DNA of 64,000 bases from a virus (taxonomy: Duplodnaviria > Caudoviricetes): IMG/VR virus record IMGVR_UViG_3300032292_000698, positions 1 through 64,000 of that record; one strand, 5' to 3'. This document shows, piece after piece, positions 1-9,657 of the stretch. A model generated the notes under the pieces. That model was not told where the DNA came from, ran no database searches, and worked only from the letters and a program-made list of their open reading frames with translations. Position numbers and translations under genes: made by a program. The first letter of the stretch is position 1, and each line of letters starts with the position of its first letter.

Positions 1-1
1 A

Positions 2-826
2 TTCTATACTTCTCCAGAAAATATGGAGAGAGAAATTCCAGCGGTGCAAGAGAACAAATTGACACAAGAAGAATTTGTTGAAAAAATTAAATTTGACGAA
101 TCGTTTGCAAATAGATGGGGTGAACTTGGTGAAGGAACTTATGGTGGAATGTGGAGAAATTTTCCATTTTATACACAAGACAATGAATTCGTTGGATCAT
201 CAACTGTGAAAGGTGTGTCTGCGGAATATTGGACTTTTGGACAAGTTGATCAACTACAAAAAGTAATTAACAAGCTAAAAACCAATCCAGATGATCGTCG
301 TATGATTGTCTCAGCATGGCATCCATACTGGGTAGATCATTGCGCATTGCCACCCTGTCATTGTCTTTTCCACTTTCATACAGAAGAGTTGACTTTGGAA
401 GAACGAATTGATATTTTACAGAAACAAGTTGGTCCTGTAAATCTTCCTAAATCTGAAATTTGGATCATTCAAAAACTGAATGAGGAGAATATTCCCCACC
501 GTCGTTTGAATTGTTTGCTCTACCAACGCAGCAATGATTTTTTCTTGGGCGTTCCTTTTAACATTGCCTCATATAGTTTGTTGACCGCAATGATTGCTCA
601 GGTTACTAATATGGTACCGGGAACATTCACTCATAGTCATGGTGATGCTCACGTTTACGTTAACCATTTGGATCAAATCAAACTACAAATGAGTCGTGAA
701 CCAAAAGCACTGCCTAGTTTGTGGTTGAATCCAGAGGTTAAATCATTGTTTGACTTCAAGTATGATGATATCAAATTCTTGAACTATGATCCCCATCCGG
801 CAATTAAAGCGGAGGTAGCAGTATGA
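2..826 (+). CDS. thyA: Thymidylate synthase (5'-truncated by window edge)
   Basis: Motifs DQLQKVINKLKTNPDDRRMIVSAW, catalytic ALPPCH, LYQRSND..LGVPFNIASY, GDAHVYVNH, C-terminal YDPHPAIKAEVAV. The frame is open back to position 2. Confidence 0.97.
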   Translation, partial: FYTSPENMEREIPAVQENKLTQEEFVEKIKFDESFANRWGELGEGTYGGMWRNFPFYTQDNEFVGSSTVKGVSAEYWTFGQVDQLQKVINKLKTNPDDRRMIVSAWHPYWVDHCALPPCHCLFHFHTEELTLEERIDILQKQVGPVNLPKSEIWIIQKLNEENIPHRRLNCLLYQRSNDFFLGVPFNIASYSLLTAMIAQVTNMVPGTFTHSHGDAHVYVNHLDQIKLQMSREPKALPSLWLNPEVKSLFDFKYDDIKFLNYDPHPAIKAEVAV

Positions 827-1089
827 CATTCGATGACGCAGTTGAAATATTTGGAGACGATCTAATGACAATGGATGGATTTGACGATTGCATAGTTGGT
901 ATTGCAACTGGCAAAGGTCGAGAATCTGTTATCATATATGATCGTGAGAAGGTCATTCACAAACTTATGAATGACGGTATGACTTACGAAGAAGCAGAAG
1001 AGTACCATGACTACAATCAAGCTGATGCGTGGGTTGGTGAGAAAACTCCAATGTTTCTCACTAAAATTGATCAGTTGATTTCTCTATGA
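823..1089 (+). CDS. Hypothetical phage protein (DGFDDCIVG...YDREK type)
   Basis: ATGA overlap with thyA; acidic 88-aa ORF resembling a common phage family. Confidence 0.75.
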   Translation: MTFDDAVEIFGDDLMTMDGFDDCIVGIATGKGRESVIIYDREKVIHKLMNDGMTYEEAEEYHDYNQADAWVGEKTPMFLTKIDQLISL

Positions 1090-1424
1090 AACTATTCTTG
1101 GGTGTTGTCATACTTACATTTGTATACATTATTGGGTGGCATCAACTATATGGTCAGTTTATTGACGAATGGTACAAAAAGTACCAATATTGGTTGGTAC
1201 TACTGAGTATACCCAGCACACTATTGTCAATTTACAGTGTACGACTTATCAGTGAATATTTTGACGGCAAAATGTGGCCCAACCGAATACTCACATTTAG
1301 TATAGGCATAGTTATGTTTACACTGTTAACGCAGATCTACTTCAATGAAAAATTGAATGCCAAAACGTTGGTTTTGATTGGATTGAGTGGACTGATTGTA
1401 GCATTACAAGTGCTTTGGAAATGA
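1086..1424 (+). CDS. Small multi-pass membrane protein (SMR/EamA-like topology)
   Basis: 112 aa with four hydrophobic segments; ATGA-coupled. Confidence 0.65.
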   Translation: MKLFLGVVILTFVYIIGWHQLYGQFIDEWYKKYQYWLVLLSIPSTLLSIYSVRLISEYFDGKMWPNRILTFSIGIVMFTLLTQIYFNEKLNAKTLVLIGLSGLIVALQVLWK

Positions 1425-1624
1425 ATTTTATGAACAATAATATAACCAAACTTAATAACGGAGACTTCAAAGTTGAACCCATGGAAAAGTGCATCGTATG
1501 CAATGTGGAAACCAACGTTCCTCAGTCTCTACACGTTGATTATCGTAACTATTACATTGATGGCGTTGGACAGTTGTGCCATGAATGCTTTTCTGAGATT
1601 GACGAACATTGTGAGTTGACATGA
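1421..1624 (+). CDS. Small zinc-binding hypothetical protein
   Basis: CIVC...LCHEC pairs; ATG at 1421 overlaps the upstream stop. Confidence 0.65.
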   Translation: MNFMNNNITKLNNGDFKVEPMEKCIVCNVETNVPQSLHVDYRNYYIDGVGQLCHECFSEIDEHCELT

Positions 1625-2298
1625 ATGTGTCTTTCGAGTATAGTCAACATATAGGAGATAAACAATCTGTGCCAAATTATACCAAAGTTCCTCTCACGTC
1701 GATCACCAGTCATACGAAGAAAGTGACTGAATTAGAGTTTTTGTTGGAAGTGTTGCCTAAATTGGATGAAAAAGGTCCATGGATTGCGGGTGGGTGTTTG
1801 CTGAGAACATATCTTGAACTTCCAATGTCAACCGACATCGATGTATTTTTTGCCAATATTGAGCAGAAAAATCACTATCTAAACGAACTTGTTAAAAGTA
1901 ATCAATTCAAAGTTATTTCAAGAGGAGAAGATACAAAGTGGGTACAAAACGTCATAATTGCATATAGAACACGATCTTACACTATTCAGTTGATTCACGG
2001 TCACTTTTTTAATAGTCCATGTAATCTATTGGATGATTTTGACATGAATATTTGTCAACTGGCATACGACGGAAAAAAGTTGTATGTTGCTGAGGATACG
2101 ATTGATGCAATCAAAAACCGTTATATAGCCGTTAACCACGTATCCAATCCTAGAAACTTCATGACAAGATGTATGAAGTATGCACGACTTGGATTTTCTA
2201 TGGACAGCGGTCAAATTAACAAGTTTTTTGACACAATCAAAGCCAATCCAAACTCAATTGTAAAAAAATCAACAGATTATGAAGAACTCGGAAAATAA
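1621..2298 (+). CDS. Nucleotidyltransferase (CCA/poly(A) polymerase head-like, Pol-beta fold)
   Basis: WIAGGCLLR...TDIDVFF (GG + DxD), LLDDFDMNICQLAYD, RCMKYARLGF. Confidence 0.8.
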   Translation: MNVSFEYSQHIGDKQSVPNYTKVPLTSITSHTKKVTELEFLLEVLPKLDEKGPWIAGGCLLRTYLELPMSTDIDVFFANIEQKNHYLNELVKSNQFKVISRGEDTKWVQNVIIAYRTRSYTIQLIHGHFFNSPCNLLDDFDMNICQLAYDGKKLYVAEDTIDAIKNRYIAVNHVSNPRNFMTRCMKYARLGFSMDSGQINKFFDTIKANPNSIVKKSTDYEELGK

Positions 2299-2407
2299 CA
2301 ATCAAGCAGGTAAAGGTGATTCACCTCGTCCAGTCAACAAATCTAAATGGGACAAAAATTATGATTCCATTGATTGGGGTCGTCCAAAGAAGGTGAAAAA
2401 GAAATGA
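2279..2407 (+). CDS. 42-aa basic microprotein missing from the ORF track (MKNSENNNQAGKGDSPRPVNKSKWDKNYDSIDWGRPKKVKKK)
   Basis: Translated by hand. It fills the gap, and its TGA overlaps the next ATG (ATGA at 2404-2407). Confidence 0.65.
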   Translation: MKNSENNNQAGKGDSPRPVNKSKWDKNYDSIDWGRPKKVKKK

Positions 2408-3069
2408 ACAAACACGTCATCATTGCTCACTACAATGAAGACTTAAATTGGGTAAAACATCTAAACGTTCCGTATACTGTTTTATCAAAAGAAGCACTGA
2501 AACTAAACGTAGGTCATGAAAGTTGGACCTACGTTTATTTCATTGTGCAGAATTACCACAGTCTTCCAGATAAAATGTTGTTTCTACACGGTCACGAAAC
2601 ATCATTTCATCAAACGCATCCATCTTGGTATATTGCAAACAATCTAAACTGGGATAAATTCAACTATATTAACGTTAACGATCATGCTTTTTGGGAAAAC
2701 GGTGAGATGCAGTGTATTTGGGAAGATGATTACGAAGACTGTGAAAACAATTACCGTCGTAGTTACGATTTGTGGTTGAAAAACAACTGGCAGGATATCT
2801 TTAATAACGAGTTAAAGTTACCTAAGAGTCTTTGGTTTCTTGGGTTTGGTCAGTTCATGGTATCAAAACACTTGGTATTACGTCATTCTATAGAGTTTTA
2901 CAAACGAATACTACGTTGGCTAGAAACCACGGATCTTGACAAACGACTATATGTGGGTGATCCAGACAAATTCAAACATTCTTATGCCAGTGCTAGAGTA
3001 TTTGAGTATCTTTGGCATTATATTTTCACTGGAAATCCCGTGGAACATTTGGAACACTATTTGTTGTAA
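2404..3069 (+). CDS. DUF3431-like putative glycosyltransferase-related protein
   Basis: VIIAHYNEDLNWV, GHESWTYVYFIVQNYHSLP, FLHGH, QFMVSK, VFEYLWHYIF. Confidence 0.75.
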   Translation: MNKHVIIAHYNEDLNWVKHLNVPYTVLSKEALKLNVGHESWTYVYFIVQNYHSLPDKMLFLHGHETSFHQTHPSWYIANNLNWDKFNYINVNDHAFWENGEMQCIWEDDYEDCENNYRRSYDLWLKNNWQDIFNNELKLPKSLWFLGFGQFMVSKHLVLRHSIEFYKRILRWLETTDLDKRLYVGDPDKFKHSYASARVFEYLWHYIFTGNPVEHLEHYLL

Positions 3070-3141
3070 CTTTGATGTTACAAGAGTGACAAAATAGTGA
3101 CTCAAAGATGTTAGTTAATTGGATTGTATACTTTAAGATGT

Positions 3142-3360
3142 ATGAATATCCAATGCTTATATTGTCATAAACCTACAGTCAAACGTGGTCATACAGTAAA
3201 AATGTGTTGCATTTGTGATGAAGATCACCGTTTTTTGAACATTGACGATATATTATCCGGATTTCATCACGATAAGGTATATTTATTAGAAAAGGTTGAG
3301 ATTACAAACGTTTATGACCAAAAAAACCACTTATACGCCAGTCTACTTGATGTCAGATGA
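3142..3360 (+). CDS. Small zinc-ribbon hypothetical protein
   Basis: CLYC...CCIC motifs; start codon uncertain. Confidence 0.5.
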   Translation: MNIQCLYCHKPTVKRGHTVKMCCICDEDHRFLNIDDILSGFHHDKVYLLEKVEITNVYDQKNHLYASLLDVR

Positions 3361-3931
3361 AGAAACTGATATCGATCAACAAAAACTCTCAAAAGATTCG
3401 GTAAGTATAAGTAGTAACCAAGTTTTTTTCTATGACGATGTAAGTCGTCAAACAATATATTCCCTCAATAGACAGTTAGACTCTACAGCTAAAGCAATAC
3501 AGTTGTTAAACATACATTATAACCTCCCAGTTTCCCCTGCAATCGATTTGTTTATCAATAGTGAAGGTGGAGAGGTATTTAGTGCTTTTAGCGCAGTTGA
3601 CCGTATTAAATCATCACCAGTACCCGTTCACACTTACGTTGAAGGTTTTTGTGCCAGTGCTGCAACATTGTTGAGCGTATGTGCCCATAAACGATACATT
3701 CGTAAAAATGGGTTTATGTTGATTCACCAAGTTCGCAGCGGACTCTGGGGATCATTTGCTGAGTTTCAAGATGAAATTCAAAATCTTGAATTGATCATGC
3801 GATACATCAAACAAATCTATCTGGAACATACCAACATTCCAGAAAGTGATTTGGTTGAAATACTCAAACATGACACGTATCTAAATGCTGAAGAATGTAT
3901 AAAATACGGGTTAGTTGACGAAATCGTATGA
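3314..3931 (+). CDS. clpP: ClpP-like serine protease (S14)
   Basis: FINSEGGEV, GFCASAATLL (Ser), MLIHQ (His), DTYLNAEECIKYGLVDEI (Asp). Start at 3314 or 3350. Confidence 0.9.
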   Translation: MTKKTTYTPVYLMSDEETDIDQQKLSKDSVSISSNQVFFYDDVSRQTIYSLNRQLDSTAKAIQLLNIHYNLPVSPAIDLFINSEGGEVFSAFSAVDRIKSSPVPVHTYVEGFCASAATLLSVCAHKRYIRKNGFMLIHQVRSGLWGSFAEFQDEIQNLELIMRYIKQIYLEHTNIPESDLVEILKHDTYLNAEECIKYGLVDEIV

Positions 3932-3943
3932 TATGTATCCAGC

Positions 3944-4261
3944 ATGTCAGGTGCTGGATATCTGTATATCATAACTAATCAAGCGTGGCAGGGATTTGTA
4001 AAAGTTGGTGTGACGTTGGATCTTAAAAAGAGACTTCAACAATACCAAACATCTTCACCATTTCGAGATTACAAGTTGGTGTATTCAATCCAACATCCAA
4101 AGTACCTTGAGGCGGAGAAACAAATCAAGGAAACAATGAAGCCATTTGCCAAATCAATCAAGAATGAGTGGTTTGAAGTGGATCTTCATATGGCAAAACC
4201 CCGATTGGATGAACAATTGGAGTTGTATGAAAACAATAAAAAAGGAATTGACTTATTTTAA
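3944..4261 (+). CDS. T5orf172-family GIY-YIG domain protein
   Basis: GYLYII...VKVGVT..LKKRLQQYQTSSP...EWF. Confidence 0.85.
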   Translation: MSGAGYLYIITNQAWQGFVKVGVTLDLKKRLQQYQTSSPFRDYKLVYSIQHPKYLEAEKQIKETMKPFAKSIKNEWFEVDLHMAKPRLDEQLELYENNKKGIDLF

Positions 4262-4275
4262 CCCTGTGATAGGAT
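4248..4275 (+). promoter_or_regulatory. Sigma70-type promoter for the HNH gene
   Basis: TTGACT-16nt-TAGGAT with TGn extension, ending 6 nt before ATG 4282. Confidence 0.55.
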
Positions 4276-4281
4276 GACGTT

Positions 4282-4926
4282 ATGAATGGAAGCGTTGTAA
4301 ATAAAGCTATCTGTCTGAACTTAAATGCAAACTGGCAACCCGTCGGATTCAAGACGGTCAAAGATGCTATTATCGACCTCTGCGGTAGTGATAACAACGG
4401 CAAACCTACTTCTTTGGCTCTTGACATCGACTATGAACTTGATGAACACGGTGATCCAATCATGAGTGAAGCCAAAAGCATGAATCCAGTCAGTTGGGCA
4501 GAATGGATGTTGCTTCCTATTCGTAGTTGGGACTTGACTATTTCAAGTGTCAATAGAATTTATCGTGTTCCCACTGTCATTATTGCTACCAACTATTCAA
4601 AGATGCCAGTGAAATACTTCAAGGGCAAGCCAAGTAAAGACGCAATCTACAACCGGGATAACGGCATTTGTCAATATTCTGGAAAAAAGGTGGATCGTCA
4701 CAGTGCAACTGTTGACCACATTGTTCCTCGTAGCAAAGGTGGTGCAGATAGTTGGACCAACTTGGTGTTGTGTTCAAAAGATATCAACAGCAAAAAGGGA
4801 AACAAAACCAACAGTGAAGCGGGATTGACTTTGTTGAAAGCTCCAATTGCGCCTCAGCCAATTCCGGTTTATGCTCTTATCAAAGAAGCAAAACACGAAG
4901 ATTGGAAACATTTTTTGATGAGTTGA
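4282..4926 (+). CDS. HNH endonuclease (McrA-like)
   Basis: IYNRDNGICQYSG...TVDHIVPRSKGG.DSWTNLVLC...NSKKGNK. Confidence 0.9.
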   Translation: MNGSVVNKAICLNLNANWQPVGFKTVKDAIIDLCGSDNNGKPTSLALDIDYELDEHGDPIMSEAKSMNPVSWAEWMLLPIRSWDLTISSVNRIYRVPTVIIATNYSKMPVKYFKGKPSKDAIYNRDNGICQYSGKKVDRHSATVDHIVPRSKGGADSWTNLVLCSKDINSKKGNKTNSEAGLTLLKAPIAPQPIPVYALIKEAKHEDWKHFLMS

Positions 4927-4949
4927 TACAAATTTAAAAAAACAAAAAG

Positions 4950-4983
4950 TCCAGATGATATTTATTTGTCATCTGGATTTTTT
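4950..4983 (+). terminator. Intrinsic-terminator-like hairpin, possibly bidirectional
   Basis: TCCAGATGA / TCATCTGGA 9-bp stem, 10-nt loop TATTTATTTG, followed by T6 and preceded by an A-rich run. Confidence 0.6.
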
Positions 4984-5148
4984 ATGCTCAAATCACAAAC
5001 AATTATAGTGGACAATACTGAACTTGAATTGACTAGTGACTTGATTGAACGATACAAACATACCACACGTAAGAAGAGAGTAACCAAACGTGGAATAGAA
5101 AAGTTCTATAATAAACTTATTGCATTCATGTTGTATAACGGTCAATAA
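4984..5148 (+). CDS. Small basic hypothetical protein
   Basis: ATG directly after the hairpin; MLKSQTIIVDNTELELT...RKKRVTKRG. Confidence 0.55.
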   Translation: MLKSQTIIVDNTELELTSDLIERYKHTTRKKRVTKRGIEKFYNKLIAFMLYNGQ

Positions 5149-6074
5149 AGTTCGTCAACATATCGTATACCCAAGAGAAACTCGTTTGTGTCTTTTATGG
5201 CATGAAACGCGAACAAATCCTTTTTGTGTACTGGAAACACTGACGCATTTCCTACATACGGATAAGCATAATTATCAGGAGTCCAACTGTGAGTGTCGGG
5301 ATAATCTGGATGTAAAGTAATTGAAATTGGGTTACGATAACTGTCCAATACATATTTTACACACTCTCCCAATGAAGTCCATACCATTGGACCGATGTAT
5401 TTATCATAACCATATAACCACATCAGTGCATTTGCTGCACCTTCATCTCCATACTGACACATTTCTAAATTTCCAAATTCATCACGTTTTACAAAAGCAT
5501 CAATGTATTCTTTGCTTTGAAGAAATGCAGTCCACGTTTTGATAAACGACAAACAGTTTCTATTAAAAAAGAAAAACCCCGCGTTCAACGATGGTACTGA
5601 TTGTAAGTTTCGTGATATACCCAAAATATTCAAGACTTTATCTAAAACCAAAGGTCTTCCTTCAATAAAATAATGATTTGGTGGATACTTACTCAACAAA
5701 GGATACGATGTACATTCACGTGACCATATATCAAACATCGAATCAATGTTTGGAGTGGGTAATACATCCGAATCCAAATATACAAATTCATCAAAGTCGG
5801 TTTTTTGAATTGCTAGTTGACATGCAATTGGTTTAAACGACATCAAATACATGTATCGTACACTTGTAGGTTTGTGCGGAGGAACATTAAAGTCGATTAC
5901 ATAATCAATCGACATTGGAATTGATACCAAACGTTTGTTGGTAAACTTTACAGTTCCTTCCGAGTAACACAAAACAATGTCATAGGCAGAATATCTCAAC
6001 AAATAATCTACCAGTATTTGGACCTTATCAATATAACTCTGTCCTACTGCAAATAACAGATATGCTCTTTTCAA
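5142..6074 (-). CDS. GT-A glycosyltransferase (GT8/GT71-like)
   Basis: FKP..., FVYLDSDV (DxD), LNAGFFFFN, GDEGAAN, AFH. Confidence 0.75.
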   Translation of the reverse strand: MKRAYLLFAVGQSYIDKVQILVDYLLRYSAYDIVLCYSEGTVKFTNKRLVSIPMSIDYVIDFNVPPHKPTSVRYMYLMSFKPIACQLAIQKTDFDEFVYLDSDVLPTPNIDSMFDIWSRECTSYPLLSKYPPNHYFIEGRPLVLDKVLNILGISRNLQSVPSLNAGFFFFNRNCLSFIKTWTAFLQSKEYIDAFVKRDEFGNLEMCQYGDEGAANALMWLYGYDKYIGPMVWTSLGECVKYVLDSYRNPISITLHPDYPDTHSWTPDNYAYPYVGNASVFPVHKKDLFAFHAIKDTNEFLLGIRYVDELY

Positions 6075-6075
6075 G

Positions 6076-6480
6076 TTACTTTATTCCTTTTCTAGTACGA
6101 TAATCGTCTAAAGCTGCTTGTAATGCTTCATGAGCAAGTACACTACAATGAATTTTAACAGGTGGAAGACCGCCAAGAGCATCAACAATGTTATCATTGT
6201 TGAAATTCTTTTCCAAGTCTGTTATTGATCGTCCTTTGATGAGTTCGGTGGCCATACTAGAAGCAGCAATAGCACTACCGCAGCCAAAAGTTTTAAATCT
6301 CGCGTCGGTAATTGTTCCAGATTGATCATCAATTTTTAGACTTATTTTCATGATATCACCACATGCAGCTGCACCAACTTCACCAACAGCATCTGCATTT
6401 TCAATGTCACCCATATTTCGTGGGTTCATGAAGTGATCCATTACGGTTTTGTTGTATAGTGTATAGGTTTCGTCATTCAT
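6076..6480 (-). CDS. iscU: Fe-S cluster scaffold IscU/NifU-N
   Basis: DHFMNPRNMG, ACGD, FKTFGCGSAIAASS, LPPVKIHCSVLA (three Cys plus LPPVK). Confidence 0.96.
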   Translation of the reverse strand: MNDETYTLYNKTVMDHFMNPRNMGDIENADAVGEVGAAACGDIMKISLKIDDQSGTITDARFKTFGCGSAIAASSMATELIKGRSITDLEKNFNNDNIVDALGGLPPVKIHCSVLAHEALQAALDDYRTRKGIK

Positions 6481-6487
6481 ATCAAGT

Positions 6488-6495
6488 TATAAATA
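6488..6495 (-). promoter_or_regulatory. TATTTATA motif (putative phage late/leaderless promoter)
   Basis: 7 nt upstream of the iscU ATG; the same motif recurs before at least 8 genes. Confidence 0.6.
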
Positions 6496-7734
6496 TTACC
6501 TGATTGATCTATTCAGAAAAGCCCGACATTGATCAGCATGATCATGAGACACCATCTTTTGAACCAATTCTTTGAAAGATGTCTGTGGAGTCCAGTTAAA
6601 GTCGTTACGGAACTCTGTACTATCGCCCAACAACAGTTCAACTTCAGCAGGACGATAGAAATTGCTGTTGATACTAATCAACACATGGTTGGTATTGTTA
6701 TCAATGTATTTCTCATTGATGTCAGTTCCTTCCCAACGACCATTAATACGTAAACAAGCGAATGCCAGTTCAATAAACTCTTTGATCGTATGAGTTTCGT
6801 TACTAGACAACACATATTCTTTCAAAGACTCAATTGCTTTTGGACTATAAACAGGAACACGATATAGTTCTGGATGCAATTCACTACGATAACGTTCTTG
6901 ATTCAACATCATCCAAACACATTGTACAAAGTCTTCACTGTCACTCCAGTCACGTTTTGCATAAATGTTACCCAACTCAATTGGAGTAGGAACCGTGTTC
7001 TGAGATATTTCATGTACAATTCTGGCAACTCCCTTTGAAATCTTTCGAGTCACAAACTCTTCACCACGCCGAGTTCCTTCATGGTTGAATAGCCAACTTT
7101 GAATTGCGTATAGGTTGTAACTGTCACGATATACCTTCACAATTTGACGAGCAGCGGCTTTACTAGCACCATATGGACTACGAGGTTTGAGAGGATGTGT
7201 TTCGTTTTGAGGAGAGTATGAAACATTACCAAACTCTTCGCTACTACCTGCATTGTAGAATCTACAGTTAGGACGATACAACCGAATAGCCTCCAGAATG
7301 TCTAAAACCGCTGTACAGTTGGTTTCCCATGTTTGTCTAGCAAAGTCCCAGCTGCTAGCAACAAAACTCTGGGCAGCGAAATTGATGAAGTAATCTGGTT
7401 TGATCTTTTCAATGATGGATGCAATGGAATGAGAATCAGTTAGATCAAAGTTTACCAAGAAGAATCGATCTGAACTAATGTGTGCTAAATTTTTGTGGTT
7501 ATAGACACTCAATCGACGTACACCACCAAATATGATTGCGTTGGTATGTGTGAGAAGATAGTCAACCATGTGACTACCGTCTTGTCCGGTGACTCCGGTA
7601 ATAATAACGATTTTGTAATCAAGATCTTGACGAAGTTTTTCGTCTCGTACTAACTTGGCATCAGATATACTCAAAATGTTTGCGTTATCGATTTTTTTAC
7701 CGAGCAATGTTTCACGAAGATTTTGTGTTAGCAT
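6496..7734 (-). CDS. gmd: GDP-mannose 4,6-dehydratase
   Basis: ITGVTGQDGS, AAQSFV, SSEEFG, PRSPYGASK, FNHEG.RRGEEFVTRKI, LGN..AKRDW, RPAEVELLLGD. Confidence 0.95.
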   Translation of the reverse strand: MLTQNLRETLLGKKIDNANILSISDAKLVRDEKLRQDLDYKIVIITGVTGQDGSHMVDYLLTHTNAIIFGGVRRLSVYNHKNLAHISSDRFFLVNFDLTDSHSIASIIEKIKPDYFINFAAQSFVASSWDFARQTWETNCTAVLDILEAIRLYRPNCRFYNAGSSEEFGNVSYSPQNETHPLKPRSPYGASKAAARQIVKVYRDSYNLYAIQSWLFNHEGTRRGEEFVTRKISKGVARIVHEISQNTVPTPIELGNIYAKRDWSDSEDFVQCVWMMLNQERYRSELHPELYRVPVYSPKAIESLKEYVLSSNETHTIKEFIELAFACLRINGRWEGTDINEKYIDNNTNHVLISINSNFYRPAEVELLLGDSTEFRNDFNWTPQTSFKELVQKMVSHDHADQCRAFLNRSIR

Positions 7735-7782
7735 ATTTAAAATAACCTATAAACTGTTCTTGATTCATATATATGAACGGTT

Positions 7783-8145
7783 ATGAAAGAAGATTTATTC
7801 TATTTGATACTCAGCGACAATAAGTTTAGTAACACCTTAATTAAACAATTTCCGGGGTTATATTCCTACATAACTTCATATCGTCAAAACGCTTCTGAAG
7901 AACATAACCAAGTTTGTAAAGATCAAATATTTAGGTTTTATGAATCGGATGAATATTTCAAGACGTTTGTATCAAACTATCTCAAAGAAAACCAAAACTC
8001 TCTACGAGTTGATGGTAGAGTGATCGAAGTAAAAAATAGAGAAGAATATCTTCGTTTGATACGAAAAGCAAAAGCTGAAAATTGGAAGTATGAAGGACTT
8101 AGTATTGTAGAGTCTAATGATAAAATCAAAGTCTACTTTTACTAA
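7783..8145 (+). CDS. Hypothetical protein
   Basis: 120-aa ORF filling the divergent gap. Confidence 0.7.
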   Translation: MKEDLFYLILSDNKFSNTLIKQFPGLYSYITSYRQNASEEHNQVCKDQIFRFYESDEYFKTFVSNYLKENQNSLRVDGRVIEVKNREEYLRLIRKAKAENWKYEGLSIVESNDKIKVYFY

Positions 8146-8615
8146 TCAAAGTCTTCGTCATCTTCATCATCAAGGTCTTCAACATCAGTTGGATTGTAAG
8201 TTTTGTTGAACTTTTGAAAGTCAGTATCTTTCAAACCAAGACCTTTGACCAACTGAATGATCAGCAAACAAGTTTCATCTTTGCTCAAATCTTTTTCCAA
8301 AATGGCCTGAAGCAGTACTGTTGTCATTAGAGTTATTTTGCGTTTTTCTTTTTCAGTTAACAATATGCTTGATGTTTTTGAATTGAGCGGTTTCTTGGAA
8401 TTTGTAATCAATCCGGGTATAGTATTATTGAACATCGCCAATTGAGTTTCTTTCAGAATCTCCTTTTTCAATTCCTCCTGAAACTTTTCAGAGTGTTCGT
8501 CAACAGTATCTAGTCGTTGTGACAACTTCTTGATTCGCGCTGAAGTGACCTTTTTCGCAATCGAAAAGTTGGACATTACACCATACTTAGCTAATAGATG
8601 ATCACATGTTTGCAT
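8142..8615 (-). CDS. Hypothetical protein with acidic tail
   Basis: 157-aa ORF preceded by TATTTATA (8621-8628). Confidence 0.7.
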   Translation of the reverse strand: MQTCDHLLAKYGVMSNFSIAKKVTSARIKKLSQRLDTVDEHSEKFQEELKKEILKETQLAMFNNTIPGLITNSKKPLNSKTSSILLTEKEKRKITLMTTVLLQAILEKDLSKDETCLLIIQLVKGLGLKDTDFQKFNKTYNPTDVEDLDDEDDEDFD

Positions 8616-8630
8616 ATGTGTATAAATATG

Positions 8631-9344
8631 TTAGAATCTGGCTACAAATAAATCTTTTGAACCCTGCATAACATCAGGATCAAACTGTTTCTGACCACGT
8701 TTGATAAATCCCTTTCCAGCAACAAACGTACAATTATAACATAACAATTTGACATTTTCCACTTTGTGGTTTTTGGGATTACCATCTTCAAAGTTTAACA
8801 ACAGAGGAATCTTTCCATCAACAACTCTACGTTCACGATAACCGCACATTTCACAACATGCGTCTTTTTTCTTAGACCGTATCAATTTATCCTTCAATCG
8901 ATATACCGGATAATCTGGGTGTTTTCCTTCCAAAATCTCACTCAATGGATATTTTCCAAATTCAGGATTAACATCTTTCTTAATCCCCCTGTTATATGGA
9001 TTCAATAAATTATGCATGTTGTACATACGTGCATACTTTCTATAGGTCAGATAGTTGACTCCCAACTTACGAGCAGCTTCTCTTGCACTTTTAGAAACGG
9101 CTTGGGCAGCCGCAATTTCTGATTGCAACAATGGTCTAGCACCATGTCCTCTTTTGAGTGTGACTTTGAGACTGGTTTGTTTGTCTCGTAGATGTGCAAT
9201 ATCCAACTTTTCTGCCACTTCACGTTGGATTTCTTCGGCAATTGATTCACCGAGTCCTTGAAGTTGTTTGATTTCTCGGACTTCTTGTTTTAACTTTTCA
9301 AGTTCAGACAAAAAGTTGGATGGTAAATTTTCTGGAATGTCCAT
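8631..9344 (-). CDS. HTH + zinc-finger/HNH-like protein
   Basis: SAREAARKLGVNYLTY (HTH); CCEMCG...LNFEDGNPKNHKVENVKLLCYNC (degenerate HNH). Likely start at 9344. Confidence 0.75.
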   Translation of the reverse strand: MDIPENLPSNFLSELEKLKQEVREIKQLQGLGESIAEEIQREVAEKLDIAHLRDKQTSLKVTLKRGHGARPLLQSEIAAAQAVSKSAREAARKLGVNYLTYRKYARMYNMHNLLNPYNRGIKKDVNPEFGKYPLSEILEGKHPDYPVYRLKDKLIRSKKKDACCEMCGYRERRVVDGKIPLLLNFEDGNPKNHKVENVKLLCYNCTFVAGKGFIKRGQKQFDPDVMQGSKDLFVARF

Positions 9345-9345
9345 A

Positions 9346-9657
9346 TCACTTTGATTTAATTGGTTCTTTTTGTAAATCAACTCCGGTATTCTTTATGAAG
9401 TTTGCACGTAGTATTTCAGCATACTTATGAAATCCAGCATTAACCATAACAATGTAACTATTGTATACATGATGTTTTGCACCTTTACGATCCAACGTTG
9501 CAAATAAACACGGTGGAATAGCAAAATTGCTTTGAGTTTTACATTTGTATTCTACAAGACGAGTACACGCTTCCATAAAAGGATCATCAAAAATATCTTC
9601 GATTTTAAACGTATACGATTCGTTTACCAATGTTACTACAATGTTAGTTTTTTTCAT
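9346..9657 (-). CDS. Hypothetical protein
   Basis: 103-aa ORF coupled to the helicase gene. Confidence 0.65.
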   Translation of the reverse strand: MKKTNIVVTLVNESYTFKIEDIFDDPFMEACTRLVEYKCKTQSNFAIPPCLFATLDRKGAKHHVYNSYIVMVNAGFHKYAEILRANFIKNTGVDLQKEPIKSK

